64,000 nt of DNA from Octopus sinensis (Eukaryota): contig NC_043005.1 in the NCBI RefSeq assembly GCF_006345805.1, positions 10,106,001-10,170,000 on the forward strand, read 5' to 3'. The position numbers and the translations under genes are program-made. Positions 1 to 11,372 of this stretch are shown piece by piece. The notes below the pieces were generated by a model. That model had not been told where the DNA came from, did not search any database, and saw only the letters and a list, made by a program, of their open reading frames with translations. The first letter of the stretch is position 1; the number at the start of each line of letters is the position of its first letter.

Positions 1-111
1 CCATATATAATGTATTGACATGAAATTAATCTAAAAGACAAAGAATATTATTGGTTTCTTCGTCGACTTCATAGAGATAAAAAAAAAGTGTCTAATAACT
101 TACTTACCAGA

Positions 112-272
112 GGCGTAGGAGTGGCTGTGTGGTAAGTGGCTTGCTTACGAAACATGGTTCTGGGTTCAGTCCCACTGCGTGGCACCTATGGCAAGTGTCT
201 TCTACTATAGCCTCGGGTCGACTAATGCCTTATGAGTGGATTTGGTAGACGGAAACTGAAAGAAGTCCGTCG

Positions 273-360
<88 letters not shown>

Positions 361-597
361 TGTGTATGTGTGTGTGTGTATGTTTGTGTGTCTGTTTGTC
401 CCTCCAACATCGCTTGATAACCGATGGTGGTGTGTTTACGTCTTCGTAACTTAGCGGTTCGGCAAAAGAGGCCGATAGAATAAGTACTAGGCATCCAAAG
501 AATAAGTCCTGGGGTCGATTTGCTCGACTAAAGGCGGTGCTCCAGCATGGCCACAGTCAAATGACTGAAACAAGTAAAAGAGTAAAAGAGTAAAGGA
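112..597 (+). mobile_element. SINE family A (tRNA-like head, internal (TA)n(TG)n tract, GTAAAAGA tail)
   Basis: Head GGCGTAGGAGTGGCTGTGTGGTAAG...GGTTCAGTCCC with Pol III A/B-box-like motifs; the same body recurs more than 15 times in the window; tail of GTAAAAGA repeats. Confidence 0.9.
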
Positions 598-1004
598 GTT
601 ATCTGTTGAACCACGGTGTCCTTGTTTGTCCTCTCTGCGTTTAGCCCCTTGTGGGTAGTAAAGAAATAGTTTTACGGTTTTACTCTCTTTCTTAACACCT
701 TTACGCAGAATTATGGTTTACTGCATATTTCCACGCTCAGCTTAAAATCGCCAACCAAGGAGTTTCAACATGATCAACCGGCTTACTAGAAATACCAGCC
801 GTTTCTCATTCATATTACCCTGCTTTCTTAAAGAAGAAAAATAACGCATTGCATAACGTGGTCCTTCGTAGACAACCCTAAAAGGATTAGATTGTCATGA
901 TTGGAATGTTTTGGTTGTGCAGATCCGGGACTGAATAACTAAACTAAAGCTCGAAAATGTCTCTGGCCCCTTGTATCTATGTCCCATTACTCTCCCTTTA
1001 TTAT

Positions 1005-1392
1005 GTGGAAGCACTCCGTCGGTTACGACGACGAGGGTTCCGGTTGATCCGAATCAACGGAACAGCCTGCTCGTGAAATTAACGTGTAAATGGCTGAGCA
1101 CTCCACAGACACGTGTACCCTTAACGTAGTTCTCGGGGATATTCAGCGTGACACAGAGAGTGACAAGGCCGGCCCTTTGAAATACAGGTACAACAGAAAC
1201 AGGAAGTAAGAGTGAGAGAAAGTTGTGGTGAAAGAGTACAGCAGGGATCACCACCATCCCCTGCCGGTGCCTCGTGGAGCTTTTTAGGTGTTTTCGCTCA
1301 ATAAACACTCACAACGCTCGGTCTGGGAATCGAAACCGCGATCCTATGACCGCGAGTCCGCTGCCCTAACCACTGGGCCATTGCGCCTCCAC
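1005..1392 (-). mobile_element. SINE family C, full length, with TSD
   Basis: Minus-strand tRNA-like head GTGGAGGCGCAATGGCCCAGTGGTTAGG...GGTTTCGATTCC; 11-bp TSD CCCTTTATTAT at 994-1004 and 1393-1403; near-identical copy at 30263-30635. Confidence 0.9.
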
Positions 1393-2600
1393 CCCTTTAT
1401 TATACACGTATGTCTAACTGCTATAGACCAGTGTTTAAAACGCAAATAAACGGTAAGTTGGAATCATTTCAGAGGGTAATGTATTTCAACTATATTTACA
1501 CGGCTCAACAGTAAACAACAACATATGCTCGAAGGTGAGACGGTTCCTATGTATTTTAGCAACAGTTTTAAATCAGTGATTTAAAACAATTCGTGCATTT
1601 TAAACACGGCGAGTCACGACTTTGTTTGACATCGATAGGTTAAAAGAAAATATCGATAAAACTTTACTTTGAACAGCAGAGCAGAGAAATGAACTTAACC
1701 GAGGTTAGGGTCATCTGTTGTTTTATGTAGTTGTAATATTTATGTATTTACTTCTTTCTTCATTTATTCAATTTTACAGGAAATGGTTAACAAAAGTCTA
1801 TATCTGGATAGCAGAGATTTTTATCTTTCAATTACTTTGTAAACAAATTATTCGTGTTCTTTGTTCATTAATACTGTTATATGTTTTCCTGCTAACGATC
1901 TAATATTTAATTACAAGAATATTTGTTTTCTAAATAATAAAAATAATTTAATTACTCGACTGAGATTTCTCGGTCATGCTTTTTGAATTTCTTAATTTCA
2001 TTTTTATTTTTTCGGAATAATTAAATATATTTTCCATATCGAAGCATAAAAGGAAAAACAAGCGAAAAGCGATAGAGAGTGAGAGGGGTGGAGAAAACAG
2101 AGCGGCAAATGAAGATGGGGTGGGGGTGGATTTCAATGAACCCACGAGGAAATCTCTACATGGGGACTTGATCAGCCAAATCCGCATAAAATTGCTCACT
2201 ACAATCTTAAGATAAAAGAACGGGGCATTGAATAAATTCGTCCTAATTGAATTAAAACGGGGTGGCCGTGGCTGATATGCATTTGGTCATAGGCGGCGGT
2301 TCGATCAGGGCTGACTTATACTAAGCAACAAGGACGTGTGTGCACCTGCTCACGCCAGTTAACATATCAGTGTGTATGACTAAACAAGTATACAGAGATA
2401 AGAGGAACAAACTGTTGACCTAATCGAAAATGTTCGAGTTTACTCGGAAGAAGAGTTTACATGCCATTAACAGTTCTATCTGAATGGTTTTTACTGTGTT
2501 CATAGCAAAGATACATAACTTTGGCACGTAGAGTGCACACCCAATCTGAGGTTTGAAACCGATTCCTGGTCACTGTATGCATTCTCTGTCTTTTTTTAAT

Positions 2601-3199
2601 TTTTTTACTTACTTCAGTCATTTGACTGCGGCCATGCTGCAGCATCGCCTTAAAGGATCTTTAAGCCGAAGGAATCAACCCTAGGACTTATTGTTTCTAA
2701 GTCTAGTACTTATTCTATCGTTCTCCAGCCGAACCGCTAGTTTACAGGGACGCAAACACACCAACATCGGTTGTCAAGCGATGGTAGGAGGCAAGCACAG
2801 ACACAAGTAAACACACATGAATATATATATATATTATATATATATATATATAAATTTGTGTGGAAAAAAGTCATTCTTTCCTAGGGATATTTATCCAAGA
2901 GCACACGGGTTTAGCTCCATACTAATTAACGAAACTGGAAATTCCACGTATGCGTGTGTACTAGTGTTTATCGTTGGTTCTTCTTCGATATTAGTACCTC
3001 ACACTTTTGAAATTCCACTTGTCGCTATAGATGTTTCCATACGACGAGCTTCTTTCAGTTTCCGTCTACCAAATCCACTCACAAAGCTTTGGTCGGTCCG
3101 TGGCTATAGTAGAAGACACTTGCTCAAAGTGCCACGCACTGAGACTGAACTCGGAACCATGTAGTTGAGAAGCAAGCTTCTTACCACACAGCCACGCCT
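2601..3199 (-). mobile_element. SINE family A with ~170-bp unrelated insert in its internal tract
   Basis: Tail at 2601-2815 and head at ~3045-3199 match family A. Confidence 0.8.
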
Positions 3200-3209
3200 T
3201 CACATTGTT

Positions 3210-3870
3210 ACAAACTGTCAAACCAAGACCTGGGGCCCTCTCTGCCAGCGTTTTATCTAGAGACACTGATCTTTAGATGTTCAGCCTTAATATTTATCGC
3301 ATGTATCAATATTATCAAGGCACATGAAAAGGTCATGGGCGGGCATACTTTGTCCTTCCTTTTGTGAACAAGACATCTGTCCATTTAGGACTTCTAGTAT
3401 AGTCTTCTTTTATTGCGATCATTCAGACAAGATCCCGAGTTTTCAGAATAAGCCATTATGAGGCCCGCAATATAGCCACAAGATGCTGCCCTTTCTCCAT
3501 TGAGTAAATCATAAATATTTCTTCATATAGGCACAGGGCCAGAAAATTGGGGAAGATATTTTATCGATTACATCAGCCTCATTACATGACTGGTAACAAC
3601 TTATTTTATCAACCTCAAAACGACGAACGATCATGTTGACCTCGGTGGAATCTGGATACAAAAGGTAACAAAAGCTGCCGAGCAAAGCTATTTCTTTGAC
3701 GCTGTAATGACTCCACCAATTTGTTGCCCTTAATTTTTGTGGTGTAGGTTCTTTCTCAAATGTCTGGCCTTGATTTTGTTTGACGTTAGCAAGATAATAG
3801 GGGAAGTTGAAAACTGAACGCAAAGCCGAATCAATTGCCGCAAATAATATTTTTTGAGGCTCTAACAATA
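3210..3870 (-). pseudogene. Possible remnant of the unidentified protein family, split by a degenerate SINE-B
   Basis: Peptides SVFNFPYYLANVK and EKGQHLVAILRAS*WL resemble ISTFPYIRYVNK (23.7 kb remnant) and TEGEHQRMNDAKLWL (9.4 kb remnant); TTTTCAG acceptor-like site at 3871; alignment by eye only. Confidence 0.25.
3526..3735 (-). mobile_element. Degenerate SINE family B
   Basis: Diverged match to the family B head and body (CCACCGAGGTCAAC, GATAAAATAAG). Confidence 0.6.
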
Positions 3871-5394
3871 CTGAAAACGCACTGCCTTTATAAAACATCG
3901 ATAATACTAAATATATGAAAAGGATATCTACGGAATAAAGAATTATCATAATGCTATAAAATAATTCCCTTTTGCGTTTAATTTACGAGTGTTATACACA
4001 GATCAATTCGTGGCCTGGTAGACTGAGAACAAAGTGTCAGTTCGGTGTCTTTCTTAAAATAGAGATGTTCTCCTTTCAAGCAATATCCCAAAGAATTCAT
4101 AGTTTGACATTCAAGAAGAATGTAATAATATTACATCATTGTTGGCCCGAGCATCCTTGCGCGGTTAAAAAGTTTCCATTGCAAGCACATGGACTTGGCT
4201 TCGATTCCACTACGCGGCACTTTGCCCAAGTGTTTTCTATCGTAGCCGCGTTTACACCAAAGAATAATGTCGAACACGTTCGGTTGACAACAACTGTGTA
4301 AAAGCCAACCGGAGATGACCTCCTTGTTTTGGATGTTAGACCTCAACTGTGACCCGATTTAATAATATCGCTTGGTCATTGATGACTTTAGCGAACTCCA
4401 CTCTGCTGCAAGCATTTGGGCTAAATTTACTTCGGCAGCAATCAATCCATAATAAAATTCGTTAAGTTCACTCGCTGTGTGAAATGAAGAATCTACCGTT
4501 TCGTCCTCTTGTATTGTTTGAAGACAGAAAAATAGGTGGAGTTCATTGTCGTTTTAGTTACAAATATAATAAAAAACATGGCTTTGCAAGGCAGTTGCAG
4601 TGTCATATATTAACTCTGCGACGTGTTATTTATATGAGGTATTAAATATGAAGCGTAATCATTAAGTGAGTTGTCTAACGGTTATGCTGTTTGTTTCACT
4701 ATCATAATTTCGTGAGTAAAATGCCTGGACTAGGCTGTACGTTGTGTCCTTGAGCAAGTGTCTTCAATTCGTTTCACGTTGCTGCAGTCTAATCATATGA
4801 AAGTGAGTACCAGCCAAGTTTTGCTGCAGCATTTTTCCCTCCAGCCTCCTCTGGGCAAGCAGTGAGAAGAAAGTCGAAGAGTATTTATGTCTGCTCTCGA
4901 GTACATGCTCTCGAGTACAACTGTGGTGGTTCCTGTTACCAAACCACTCTCGTTATCAAGTGACAGGGAGTGTCTCTAAATAAACAACAGTTGTATGACA
5001 TAATACTAATGCGTTTTACTAGTTTTCAGATGCTTCAGATATATTTCATATCACGTGTTTGTATTCTCACTTCTTAACTCTGTGTCAAATGAAGATGTGC
5101 GCAGTAATTGACGCCATGAAGTTTCACAATCCCATTTCTTTTATTTATGAATTTCATATTTAATTCTTGCTGGTGAAAGATAAGGGGATAGGTTGTAACT
5201 CTTGTCCCAGACTAAAAGTATAGGAAATATTTCGGAGGAAATTCTCAGTTCAACTGTTTACAATAGTTAAGCCTTATGCTCCATGAATGTTAGCTATCGG
5301 TCTGTTGCTGGTAACTTTGTCTGGTAAAGCGATATTTTATGTCCCAACATCTTCCCCCATCCCCCAAGTACATAATTGCGCAGACAGGCAGGCA

Positions 5395-5420
5395 CACACA
5401 CACGCACATACATACACATG

Positions 5421-5454
<34 letters not shown>

Positions 5455-5592
5455 TAAATACATACATACATACATATAAACATATATATGTATATATATA
5501 TACATATAAGTATGTATATATGTATATATATACATACAAGTATGTATATATATATATATGTATATATATATGTATATATATGTATATATATG

Positions 5593-5642
<50 letters not shown>

Positions 5643-5695
5643 CATATAAGTATGTATATATGTATATATACATATATACATATAAGCACATATAT
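5395..5695. repeat. Compound (CA)/(TA)/(TACA)n microsatellite
   Basis: Direct inspection. Confidence 0.95.
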
Positions 5696-5726
5696 GGATT
5701 AATATATTCTTTCAATCTCTTACTTT

Positions 5727-5940
5727 TGTACTCATTTCAGTCATTTGACTTCGACCATGCTGGAGCACAGCTTTAAAAGGCTTCTGTTTTAGTCGAAGAA
5801 ATTGACTTATTCTTTTTATGACTAGTACTTATTCTATGGATGCCTTATGCTGAATTGCTAGAATATATGGGAGCCTGAACACACCAACATCTGTTGTCAA
5901 GCGATGGTGCGGAAACAAAGATAGACATAAAGTCACACAC
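5727..5940 (-). mobile_element. SINE family A 3' half
   Basis: CAGTCATTTGAC...GGAGCAC...AGTACTTATTCTAT...TTGTCAAGCGATGG matches the reverse complement of the family A tail. Confidence 0.75.
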
Positions 5941-6009
5941 ATATAAATATATACATATACATACACACACACACACACATATATATGTGTGTGTGTTTGT
6001 GTGTGTGTA

Positions 6010-6196
6010 TTGTTGGCGATTTTCTTTCTCTGTCTTCCCTTCCTTGGACCTTTACTTTTTCTATGTTTCTGACGAAGAGCTCCGCTCGAAACGTTAAATC
6101 CTCCTTCTTTCTTTCTTTTCCTGAGCGTCCAATAACTCTATACTTGTTCCATGTCCTCGCGTTGCTGTGTTTTCTCTTTGTTCTTGTTCGCATTAA
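6010..6196 (+). mobile_element. ~190-bp hammerhead-bearing element (Penelope pLTR-like), left copy of an inverted pair
   Basis: Near-identical reverse complement at 6494-6680; contains CTGACGA-A-GAGC-TCC-GCTC-GAAA-CGTT; embedded in microsatellites. Confidence 0.6.
6065..6099 (+). ncRNA. Minimal type I hammerhead ribozyme candidate
   Basis: Stem I GTTT/AAAT; core CTGACGA plus one extra A; stem II GAGC/GCTC; GAAA; self-complementary AACGTT stem III; cleavage triplet GUU. Confidence 0.5.
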
Positions 6197-6269
6197 CCAT
6201 ATATGTGTTTGGGAAGGAAGCTACTTACCATACAGCGGCGGCCATCTTTTATATTTGTATATACTTACA

Positions 6270-6427
6270 AGTGTGGCTGTATGGTAAAAAGCTTGATTCC
6301 CAACCACATGTTCCTTGGTTCAATTCCACTGCGTGGCTCCTTGGGCAAGTGTTTTCTATTACAACTTCGGGCCGACCAAATGCCTGTAAGTGGATTTGCT
6401 AGACGGAACCTGAAAGACACCCTTCGT

Positions 6428-6497
<70 letters not shown>

Positions 6498-6975
6498 GCA
6501 AACAAGAACAAAGAGAAAACACAACAACGCGAGGACGTGGAACAAGTATAGAGTTATTGGACGTTCAGGAAAGGAAAGAAAGAAGGAGGATTTAACGTTT
6601 CGAGCGGAGCTCTTCGTCAGAAACATAGGAAAAGTAAAGATCCAAGGAAGGGAAGACAGAGAAAGAAAATCGCCAACGATACACACACACAAACACACAC
6701 ACACATATATATGCGTGTGTGTGTATATGTATATATCCCTGTATGTATATATCTATGAGTGTGTGTCTGTGTGTCTGTATTTGTCACCGCTTAACAACTG
6801 GTGCCGGTGTGTTTACTTCCCCGTAACTTAGCGGTTCCTGCAAAAGAGACCGATAGAATAAGTACTAGGCTTTACAAAATAAGTTCTGGGGTTGATTCGT
6901 TTGACTAAAATCGTTCAAGGTAGTGCTGCAGCATGGCCGCTGTCAAATTACTGAAACAAATAAAATACAAGAATA
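6270..6975 (+). mobile_element. SINE family A with the hammerhead element inserted in its internal (TA)n
   Basis: Head at 6270-6427 and tail at ~6760-6975. Confidence 0.75.
6494..6680 (-). mobile_element. ~190-bp hammerhead-bearing element, right copy of the inverted pair
   Basis: Reverse complement of 6010-6196; hammerhead motif at 6590-6624 on the minus strand. Confidence 0.6.
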
Positions 6976-6993
6976 TACGCACCCGCGTAAGTT

Positions 6994-7065
<72 letters not shown>

Positions 7066-7226
7066 TATATATGTATGGATATATCCATATATATATATAT
7101 ATGTATGTATATATACATATATTACTATGTATGTGTGTATAGATACGGGTCTGTATGTATATTCAAAAACAAGGACAGTGATTGTGTGTCTATAAACTTT
7201 TGTATAAGAGAGTGCATATATGTATT

Positions 7227-7267
<41 letters not shown>

Positions 7268-7675
7268 ATGTGTGTGTGTAGTTAACGCAAGATTATGATG
7301 AATGTTAATGTGGTCCCACGTATCACATTTTATGTTCCATAATATATTCTTGCATAGACCAGTCGTATCATTTCCTTCAGTAAGTTAGACTAGATGTAGC
7401 AAATACCGCCATTCTAGAATACAGCATTCTGAAAAACAAGTTCATGTGAGGTTGTGTAAACATTGATACCACCATGGTTTTATGGCAATTAATGTTCTAC
7501 ACACCATAAAACATAAAACGCTTGGAAGAAAATATGAAAATGTAATACGTAAAGTAAATATGAACTAAGAGATATAGTCGTATACCAAAGTATTTTGTTA
7601 TATCTAACAATTATATTTTTGCAATGAATGTTACGCAGAATAAGTGCACATACATACTCATAAATATATATACGC

Positions 7676-7828
7676 ATAGGTGCAAGTGTGTGGCTTGCTT
7701 AGCAAGCACATGGCTCCAGGTTCAGTCCCACTGCGTGGCACATTGGGCAAGTGTCTTCTACTATAGCTTCGGACCGACCAAAACCTTGTGAGTAGATTTG
7801 GTAGGCGGAAACTGAAAGAAGACCTCGT
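7676..7828 (+). mobile_element. SINE family A 5' half
   Basis: GGTTCAGTCCCACTGCGTGGCAC...GGAAACTGAAAGAAG. Confidence 0.75.
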
Positions 7829-7860
7829 ATATGTGTGTGTGTGTGTGTGTGTGTGAGTGA

Positions 7861-7898
<38 letters not shown>

Positions 7899-7963
7899 GT
7901 GTATTGTGCATGTGTGTGTATATCTATTAGCGTGCATATATGGATACACACACACACATACAC

Positions 7964-8032
<69 letters not shown>

Positions 8033-8120
8033 CAGTATTCTCTCAGTTATCGCGGGTGTCACGTTCCAACCCCACCCCCGCGAAGGTGAAAATCAGCGAT
8101 GGTGGAAGTCCGCGAAGCAG
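8033..8120 (+). mobile_element. Tigger/pogo-like TIR fragment
   Basis: TA then CAGTATTCTCTCAGTTATCGCGGGTGTCACGTTCCAACCCCACCCCCGCGA resembles pogo/Tigger termini (recognised from memory). Confidence 0.45.
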
Positions 8121-8126
8121 AAACAA

Positions 8127-8397
8127 TATTCTTTCATTCTTGTATTCGTTTCAGTCATTTTGACTGCGGCGATTCTGGAGCAACGCCTTTAATCGAGGAA
8201 ATCAATCCCAGGATTTATTCTTTGTAAACCTAGTACTTATTCTATCGGTCTCTTTTGCAGAAACGCTAAGTTACGGGGATGTAAACACACCAGCATCAAG
8301 CGATGAAGGTTGGGATTAACCCCCACACACACACATACAATAATAATACATATACATGCATTTATACATACATATATACACATATATATATATATAC

Positions 8398-8438
<41 letters not shown>

Positions 8439-8620
8439 TATATATATTATATATACGACGCGCTTCTTTCAGTTTCCGTCAACCAAATCCATTCACAATC
8501 TTTGGTCGGCCCGAGGCTATAGTGGAAGACACTTGCGCAAGGTGCCACGCAGTGGGACTGAACCCGGAACCATGTGGTTTGTAAGCAAGATACTTACCAC
8601 ACACCCTCTCCTGCGCCTCT
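8127..8620 (-). mobile_element. SINE family A
   Basis: Tail, internal microsatellite and head ending ...CTCCTGCGCCT. Confidence 0.85.
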
Positions 8621-8963
8621 TTACTTTTTATTAATATTTTCATTAATATTTGTATATATACATTATTATAAATGCAAAGCAACACCACACACACTCCTCG
8701 AGGGTTTCAATCCCCATTAAAGTATGTGCGATTCTCTGCTTACTCATCTACGGTACGCTACATATTTTCTTTTAATATATTTTAATTAATCAGTTATACA
8801 GTGTAGTTCTATACTGTATTTTTTATTTATTAAGTAATTTTTTTAGGCAAGAATTTAGGCAAAATTCTATCACAGAAATAATTAAAATCTAAAATAATAT
8901 AATACCTATCGGACGCAGAATGTCTTAATGTACGCACAGAGAGTGGATATAGAAGTTGGTTCC

Positions 8964-11306
8964 ATCTTTTTCTTTATCTCACTCCCACTTTAATACTTTT
9001 GGCACCTCCTTCATTTTGCTTTTCTCTCCCTTTTCCTCCAGATTTCTGTATGAAAGTGAAAGTGAAAGCAGAAGTCTTGATTAATGAAGAGCTGATTAAG
9101 GTGAAAACCCAGTGTCACATACTGACTTCACATAACAGCAATTTTAATTAATTTGAACGGGAACACTAATTTCGTGGATGCCCGTTCAGATTACGGTTAC
9201 AACTAAATGTAGTTTCTGGAAAAAACCCCGCTATAGAAGTTGTTTCCATGAATAATGGGCTGAAGAATGTGTGTTTGTAAAAAAAAAAAATGCCCGCAGG
9301 TTTTTACATGCCAGCAATTTGACATGGTTTCTAAATATGAATTTATCCTTCTAACAGAAAGAGATATATCCGTCTTACAGAAGGAGAGCATCAAAGAATG
9401 AACGATGCCAAACTTTGGTTGGGCAGTACAAAATTTAAATGGATGTATAGTTCTAACAGACCACTTCTGCAAAAATATTTAAAACTTAATCAATACCCAG
9501 CACTGCAATTCAAATATCCCAGAAAATTTATTAGCAAGGGACCTGACGCAACAGTAATTGCTCTGTCGCAAGCAAAGGCAGATGCGATGAATTTCCCCAA
9601 GTCTATCAATAAAAAATTCCTCAGAAACAACAAGGCTTTCTGATAGATTACATATACGAAGATATCGTAACATTCAGCAGCTTTCTGTCCACTTGAGAAA
9701 TGGTCAACAGGCTTATTTAACGCAAATAACTGCTGTGCAGTAAGTCCAGATCAAAGGGAAACAACGCCTACAGCTATTTTATAAGCCAGCCCTAACCCTG
9801 AGTATATATTGCTGTAGCATCAGAGTCATTCCTACTATTCAGGAAACAGCGGTAGTGACTACGAAAGTACTTTTGATGAAGGTCGATTTAGCACCAATTT
9901 CGACAGTAGCTACACTGAAGACATTACAAACGCTTCTTTCTTCGATTTCCAACCCATTAAGTGGAGGTTCCTGTTCAAGATCTTTGAACAGAGAGAGGCA
10001 AAATATATATTCTTTCCTACTCTAGGCACAAAGCCCGAATTTTGGGGGAGGAGGCTAGTCGATTAGATTGACTCCAGTACACAACTGGTTCTTAATTTAT
10101 CGACCCCGAAAGAATGAAAGGCAAAGTCGACCTCGGCGGAATTTGAATTCAGAACGTAACGGCAGACGAAATACCTATTTCTTTGCTACCCACAAGGGGC
10201 TAAACACAGAGAGGACAAACAAGGACAGACAAACGGATTAAGTCGATTACATCGACCCCAGTGCGTAACTGGTACTTAATTTATCAACCCCGAAAGGATG
10301 AAAGGCTAAGTCAACCATACGGAATTTGAATTCAGAACGTAACGGCAGACGAAATACCTATTTCTTTGTTACCCACAAGGGGCTAAACACAGAGAGGACA
10401 AACAAGGACAGGCAAACGGATTAAGTCGATTACATCGACTCCGGTGTATTAACTAGTACTTAATTTATTAACCCCGAAAGGATGAAAGGCAAAGTTGACC
10501 TCGGCGGAATTTGAATTCAGAACGTAACGGCAGACGAAATACCTATTTCTTGCTACCCACAAGGGGCTAAACACAGAGAGGACAAACAAGGACAGACAAA
10601 CGGATTAAGTCGATTACATCGACCCCAGTGCGTAACTGGTACTTAATTTATCAACCCCGAAAGGATGAAAGGCTAAGTCAACCATACGGAATTTGAATTC
10701 AGAACGTAACGGCAGACGAAATACCTATTTCTTTGTTACCCACAAGGGGCTAAACACAGAGAGGACAAACAAGGACAGGCAAACGGATTAAGTCGATTAC
10801 ATCGACTCCGGTGTATTAACTAGTACTTAATTTATTAACCCCGAAAGGATGAAAGGCAAAGTTGACCTCGGCGGAATTTGAATTCAGAACGTAACGGCAG
10901 ACGAAATACCTATTTCTTTGCTACCCACAAGGGGCTAAACACAGAGAGGACAAACAAGGACAGACAAACGGATTAAGTCGATTACATCGACCCTGGTGTG
11001 TAACTGGTACTTAATTTATCAACCCCGAAAGGATGAAAGGCAAAGTCGACCTCGGCGGAATTTCAACTCAGAACGTAACGGCAGACGAAATACGGCTACG
11101 CATTTCGCCCGGCGTGCTAACGTTTCTGCCAGCTCGCCGCTTTAAAGGCAAAATATATATTGGTTGACAATCAAACTGACATTTCAGGCTTATCTAGCTT
11201 GATTAGAACTGTCCTGAGTAAAACACTTGCCAATATGATTATTTTAATGCGAAAAGATATTTCAAGAGAAAACAATCACGATGACGACAAGAATCATTGG
11301 AGGGGA
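8964..11306 (+). repeat. Left arm of an inverted segmental duplication
   Basis: Reverse complement of 15752-17344 from ATCTTTTTCTTTATCTC to TGGAGGGGA; the length difference is explained by the SINE-B unit number. Confidence 0.92.
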
Positions 11307-11372
11307 GATAGAAATATACATATACACATACATACAGACACTATAAATTGGTGGGCAGGGATTTCTTTTTAA
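9341..11372 (+). pseudogene. Remnant of an unidentified protein-coding sequence interrupted by SINE-B
   Basis: One frame runs 9341-9640 open, then 5 stops, then 9818-10011 joined to 11162-11372 gives a 134-codon open frame after removing the SINE and one TSD; peptide similarity to the 23.5 kb and 60.7 kb remnants. Confidence 0.45.
10012..11145 (-). mobile_element. SINE family B with six ~184-bp anchor repeats
   Basis: 16-bp TSD AGGCAAAATATATATT at 9996-10011 and 11146-11161; anchor GGCAGACGAAATAC at 10161, 10344, 10529, 10711, 10896, 11080. Confidence 0.9.

Noticed and set aside
112-190. SINE heads as functional tRNA genes
   Set aside because: They have only box A/B-like motifs and no closed cloverleaf, and they are always fused to SINE bodies
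1427-1860. Chain of micro-exons with plausible splice sites (1427-1452, 1512-1534, 1677-1703, 1780-)
   Set aside because: The joined peptide is short and unrecognisable, and such signals are frequent by chance in AT-rich DNA; RNA-seq would be needed
9740-9817. 78-nt GT-AG intron that would remove two stops from the 9 kb remnant
   Set aside because: The PTAIL motif inside it is shared with the 60.9 kb paralog, so this stretch is better explained as decayed coding sequence
10161-11100. Regular ~184-bp repeats as a CRISPR-like or satellite array
   Set aside because: There are no unique spacers; the units are the body of SINE-B bounded by a TSD
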